From the IMG/VR virus record IMGVR_UViG_3300020256_000017: DNA of 64,000 bases; one strand, given 5' to 3'. Shown here one piece after another: positions 60,616-64,000 of the stretch (within the stretch, counting starts at the first letter, position 1; every line of letters starts with the position of its first letter). Position numbers and translations under genes: made by a program. Below the pieces are notes generated by a model, which worked only from the letters and a program-made list of their open reading frames with translations, was not told the DNA's origin and did no database searches. Source of the stretch: an uncultured virus (IMG/VR IMGVR_UViG_3300020256_000017) (taxonomy: Duplodnaviria; Heunggongvirae; Uroviricota; Caudoviricetes).

Positions 60616-61287
60616 CTACAGGATATGCGCGAGGTGATCTTCTGCCGCTTTCGTTTCTGTCATCTCGGCAAGAAGGTTTGCAAAATCTTGCATGCCCTCA
60701 CGTTCAAGTAGCGCCAAGGCTTTCCCATAATCATCATGGTTAAACAATTTTCGATTGAGCGCTTCAACGTCATCCTGAACCGCGTGATAATGCTTTGTCT
60801 CCAACTGCGTTTCGCTGTCGACATCCGCATGCTGAAGGGCATGTTTCGTCATGTCGGAAAGTATACCATCGCGTTTAGCGGTGATTTCCTCTGCACGGTT
60901 CGTGATAGGTTTACCTGATGCCTGTTGTTGTCGCATCATATCAAACAAAGGCGATAACATGTCCTGCAACGCTTTTGAGTCAACCTCACCATTGCTATCA
61001 AAATACATCTCAGTGTTCATGTCGATGTTATCATCAAGCCACCAGTAAAGATCTTGAAGACCCTTTATCGTTTTATCGGCAAGACGAACATCTGGGGCGC
61101 TAATGTGTGGTGCAAGCGCGCTCTCAAGCGCCTTGATATGGCTGAAACCTAAGGTTTTGCTTATCGTACTTTTGACGTGCGTCTTTTTCAGCTTTGTAAG
61201 ATCAGCGAATGCGGCGGAAAAGTCATCTAAGCTCTGTGAGCTGTCGATAACAAGATTGTTATTGCGAAGCGAAAATGTAATTTGCAT
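60616..61287 (-). CDS. L8-associated protein
   Basis: VKSTISKTLGFSHIKAL. Confidence 0.75.
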   Translation of the reverse strand: MQITFSLRNNNLVIDSSQSLDDFSAAFADLTKLKKTHVKSTISKTLGFSHIKALESALAPHISAPDVRLADKTIKGLQDLYWWLDDNIDMNTEMYFDSNGEVDSKALQDMLSPLFDMMRQQQASGKPITNRAEEITAKRDGILSDMTKHALQHADVDSETQLETKHYHAVQDDVEALNRKLFNHDDYGKALALLEREGMQDFANLLAEMTETKAAEDHLAHIL

Positions 61288-61490
61288 AAGGATACCGTCC
61301 TATCAATGTTGTGGCATGGTAGAGTCCGACCCGTTCCTCCTTGCCACCATGATAATGTCCGGTGTCAATCAAGGGTGTTGCTGGCGGTTTTCCAGTGACG
61401 CTTATGCGTAACCCGGCGAGCGGGTGGGTCGTAGAGGGGAGCTGCCCCATGAGATGACTGACACATGCAAAGCAAGTGCATCTCACAAAA
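61288..61490 (-). ncRNA. Pseudoknot leader RNA L8
   Basis: CGACCC (61431-61426) complementary to GGGTCG (61332-61327), after GGAAC, in hairpin CATGGT/ACCATG; shares TTTGCATGT, CCCTCTACG and CTCGCCG with L2. Confidence 0.65.
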
Positions 61491-61580
61491 AAAAGGATAA
61501 CATATAGGCGTAAAAAGTCAACAAAAAACCTGCGCTAGGCAGGTTTTAATGGTTTGTTTAGGGTTTAGCGTAACAAGAGC

Positions 61581-61901
61581 TTATACGTCCCGGCAAAAAT
61601 CCAACACCTCACACAGCGCCTTAAGGTTGTCTTCCACAAATGAAGTAAGATCCATTTGTCCAGGGTACTCGCTGTTGGTGAAAACATAATCTTCACTCGC
61701 CGCCACAACAGGGTAGCCATCAATAAGCAGCTCCGGCAGATGATCGCCCTGAGGAAATAGAAAAAGAGGTTGATCTGTAGGTGCGCCACCAACGTCAGGA
61801 AGCGAATCCTGGTTGTGACGTTCTCTTAAGTCGACAATGATATTGCGAACGCGACTTTCGACATCTTCAATTTCAGTGAGTAGTGAATATGACATGAGCA
61901 A
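61581..61901 (-). CDS. Acidic hypothetical protein
   Basis: AAGGAG RBS. Confidence 0.65.
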   Translation of the reverse strand: MLMSYSLLTEIEDVESRVRNIIVDLRERHNQDSLPDVGGAPTDQPLFLFPQGDHLPELLIDGYPVVAASEDYVFTNSEYPGQMDLTSFVEDNLKALCEVLDFCRDV

Positions 61902-61963
61902 TCGCTCCTTGGGTAAATTAAGTGGGAAAAGGCAAGACGCTCGCCTTGCCTTCTAATCCTGTA

Positions 61964-62644
61964 TTAGCGTTGCGGCACAGAGAGCAGTGCATCTCTAATC
62001 GCCTGAGTGTCAGAAAACAGCAAGCGAGCGGCGTTGTATTCCTCTACCGTAGGTTTATCTGGAAAATAAGGGCAATCCTCGTCATCTTCACAGCGTTCCG
62101 AGAAGGCACCGAGCTTAGTTAACAGTGGTGAATCACCAAATTGGTCGGTGTCAATGGTAATTTTTTCGCCGTTTAGGTAAACTCCCGCGTGTTCACAGTT
62201 GAATTGAGATACCTCAAGATTATAACCGTGCACATCCCGCTCGTAAAAAATAACACCCAACAGTTCCACCGTGGTGTCGCCGGACGCGGTGCTGGTGAAG
62301 CGAAGGATGTTGGCATAATGGTCATTGCCATTGGTGTCATTGTCGATGCGCTTTCGGATAAGTTTGACCGCTTGGTCTTTACCATCGGCAAACTCAGCAA
62401 TGCCTTCAGAAATAGTGTTAAGCACAGTATCTAAAATGGCGGCATCTTTGATTTCTTTTTTTATCAGTGAGGTGATGGTTTTCAAGCCCACATATGAAAT
62501 GAAGTTTTTCAGGTGTATTGGCGCTTCACTCTGAACAAAAGAGTTGTACGTATCTAAGGTGGTGCGTGCAGCATGTAATTTCTTGGTCATATCAGAGAGT
62601 GCGTTGATGTTCTCGCGAGACCAAAGGGTATTTAATGATGGCAT
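61964..62644 (-). CDS. Hypothetical protein
   Basis: Cassette plus GGAG; start corrected. Confidence 0.7.
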   Translation of the reverse strand: MPSLNTLWSRENINALSDMTKKLHAARTTLDTYNSFVQSEAPIHLKNFISYVGLKTITSLIKKEIKDAAILDTVLNTISEGIAEFADGKDQAVKLIRKRIDNDTNGNDHYANILRFTSTASGDTTVELLGVIFYERDVHGYNLEVSQFNCEHAGVYLNGEKITIDTDQFGDSPLLTKLGAFSERCEDDEDCPYFPDKPTVEEYNAARLLFSDTQAIRDALLSVPQR

Positions 62645-62812
62645 GGATGACTCCGTTAGTTGTGTTGACGGAGCTAGTATCTCAAAAGCTGTGAGTGAAG
62701 TCAATAAATTTAGTGCAGCTTTTTGTTTTGATGATATAATAAACAATATATTACTTGTCCCGCAGTATCACAATGCACGTCCACCATTGTTAAGCGGGCT
62801 CCTATAAGAAAG

Positions 62813-63658
62813 ATGATGATGTTAAAAAAAATAGACGAGACGATAACACAGTACCTTGTTGACCGCTACGGTGAAGCGGTGCGCGATGACGTAGGGTTGC
62901 TGCTGGGTGGGAAATTCCAATTACACCATCTCTTCAATTTAAGAACGATGATACGCAAAGACTGTGACCTGAGCGGCGGGAGAAACATGTTAAAAGTCGT
63001 CTCTGACAGTCTGTCTAAAAAAGATTTTGCCGGGGTCTGTCTCGATGGATGCAAAAACGCACGTATTCTTTTTGTCAATGGGGTGATGACACCCTATAGC
63101 TTAGCCCAATGGCAGCGCGACTGCCTACAAATGCTGTTTAAGCAACCTGTCGGCCTGGTTTATAACCCTACTGAAAGCCTCATTGCTGATTTGCTCGAAT
63201 GCCACCAAGATCGTTATGGCGAGCCGACAATGCTTGCACATGGATTGGTCGCGCAAATCGAATACACACTGAAAACATCCCCCTATCCGGTGACCGTAGT
63301 TGGTTATTCACAGGGTGCAATTATTGCGACGAGGGCGCTAAGCATATTGACAGCGCGTTTAGGCCGTGCGCAGTTGCAGCGCGTAAGATACATCACGTTT
63401 GGGGCAGGTTTTAGAGAAAATCAACTGCATGAGGCGATAGTGCAAGAGCATTTCGCTAATCTACGTGATCCGGTTGTTCACTTGGGACTGCTTCGTCCGG
63501 GTAGCGAGCACACCGGGGTTATTCATACCCGGGATGCGCAAGGTCATATGCTGGTCGCTGATTATTTGTCGAAAGGTGCCCGGCATGGGTTTGATTTGAG
63601 CAAAAGCCCTGTCTTTGCAAGGCTTATTGGTGAGGATATTAAGAACGCTGCTGGCTAA
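62813..63658 (+). CDS. Alpha/beta hydrolase
   Basis: FVNGV; GYSQG nucleophile elbow; N..DPV; GH. Confidence 0.8.
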   Translation: MMMLKKIDETITQYLVDRYGEAVRDDVGLLLGGKFQLHHLFNLRTMIRKDCDLSGGRNMLKVVSDSLSKKDFAGVCLDGCKNARILFVNGVMTPYSLAQWQRDCLQMLFKQPVGLVYNPTESLIADLLECHQDRYGEPTMLAHGLVAQIEYTLKTSPYPVTVVGYSQGAIIATRALSILTARLGRAQLQRVRYITFGAGFRENQLHEAIVQEHFANLRDPVVHLGLLRPGSEHTGVIHTRDAQGHMLVADYLSKGARHGFDLSKSPVFARLIGEDIKNAAG

Positions 63659-64000
63659 CAGCCGTATCGCCTATTGCTGATAGCGCTAAGCTCTTCAATA
63701 AGCGCATGAAACTGCGCTTTAGGCTCTTGATTGCCGTCAGCACCTTGTTCAAACAAGCTGTAGCACACCGCGGCGTGTGCATCACATTGTCGCGCCATTC
63801 TTATGATATCAACAAGAGTGTTGACCATTAGGCGCTTAATGACTTCTTTCACTGTTTCACGTTGTTTTGGCGCTGCATTGCTTCCACCTGCACGAGCCTC
63901 AAAGTTGAGTGTGGAAGAAAGCATTTGAGGCTCGTACTGCGCATGCCGTTGAGATTCCGTGTGCGCATGAATAGTGCGCATTGCGCTAAGCAAATGTTCG
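63655..64000 (-). CDS. Partial hypothetical gene, probably running off the window
   Basis: Open frame to the edge. Confidence 0.45.
   Translation of the reverse strand, partial: EHLLSAMRTIHAHTESQRHAQYEPQMLSSTLNFEARAGGSNAAPKQRETVKEVIKRLMVNTLVDIIRMARQCDAHAAVCYSLFEQGADGNQEPKAQFHALIEELSAISNRRYGC

Larger units (their letters stand above)
1798..62704 (-). repeat. Dispersed promoter/leader cassette family, 41 copies on - strand
   Basis: Minus-strand consensus TTGACAACnCnCnCAnnnnnTGAGATACTnnnnnTGTCAACACAACA-RBS-ATG. TTGAC..GTCAA spans: 1798-1837, 2397-2436, 2909-2948, 4538-4577, 8388-8427, 8992-9031, 9984-10023, 10685-10724, 12344-12383, 13516-13556, 14348-14387, 15656-15695, 16486-16525, 17106-17146, 20631-20670, 21254-21293, 21710-21749, 22698-22737, 23922-23961, 24391-24430, 27294-27333, 28002-28041, 28394-28433, 30956-30995, 32522-32561, 33375-33415, 35384-35423, 36382-36421, 38374-38413, 38692-38731, 40607-40646, 42051-42091, 44689-44728, 45848-45887, 47109-47148, 49654-49694, 53259-53298, 56217-56256, 57980-58019, 59004-59043, 62665-62704. 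Confidence 0.95.

Noticed and set aside
1798..62704. Cassette repeats as a CRISPR array
   Set aside because: Spacing is irregular (hundreds to thousands of bp), whole genes lie between copies, the repeats are degenerate and promoter-shaped, and no cas genes are present.
1798..62704. Cassette repeats as integron attC sites
   Set aside because: They sit 5' of genes, have only 6-7-bp arms, lack RYYYAAC/GTTRRRY box architecture, and no integrase is in the window.
1798..62704. Cassette as a classical Frpo-type ssDNA promoter or a LexA box
   Set aside because: No long stem rebuilding both -35 and -10 is visible, and there is no conserved CTGT-N8-ACAG.
1..64000. tRNA, rRNA, virion or conjugation genes
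   Set aside because: None recognised by eye, so the element type (plasmid, ICE or phage) cannot be settled from this window.

Overview
This 64 kb window looks like the accessory or 'leading' region of a large mobile element (megaplasmid, ICE or large phage-plasmid). The host is probably Alteromonas-like, an inference from the ssb sequence and PEP-CTERM-type proteins. About 100 mostly short hypothetical genes are packed largely on the - strand. No replication, conjugation or virion genes were recognised. Recognisable products: SSB, IscB with its omega/HEARO RNA in a non-autonomous IS200/IS605 element, a secreted HNH nuclease, NUDIX hydrolase, dCMP-deaminase-like protein, GIY-YIG protein, PcfJ-like protein, trypsin-like protease, SPFH-like lipoprotein, alpha/beta hydrolase and two PEP-CTERM-type proteins. 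Two non-coding systems stand out. (1) Forty-one hand-counted copies of a ~50-bp promoter/leader cassette (TTGACA-17-GATACT-N5-TGTCAACACAACA-RBS) give many mRNAs the same predicted 5' end. An intergenic, terminator-ended, GC-clamped two-hairpin RNA at ~22782-22935 (-) carries the exact antisense of that leader in a loop, making it a candidate master sRNA. (2) Eight ~165-230-nt structured leaders share a covarying pseudoknot, and each precedes a gene with a shared short helical motif and a variable remainder. All structures were read by eye and none were computed.
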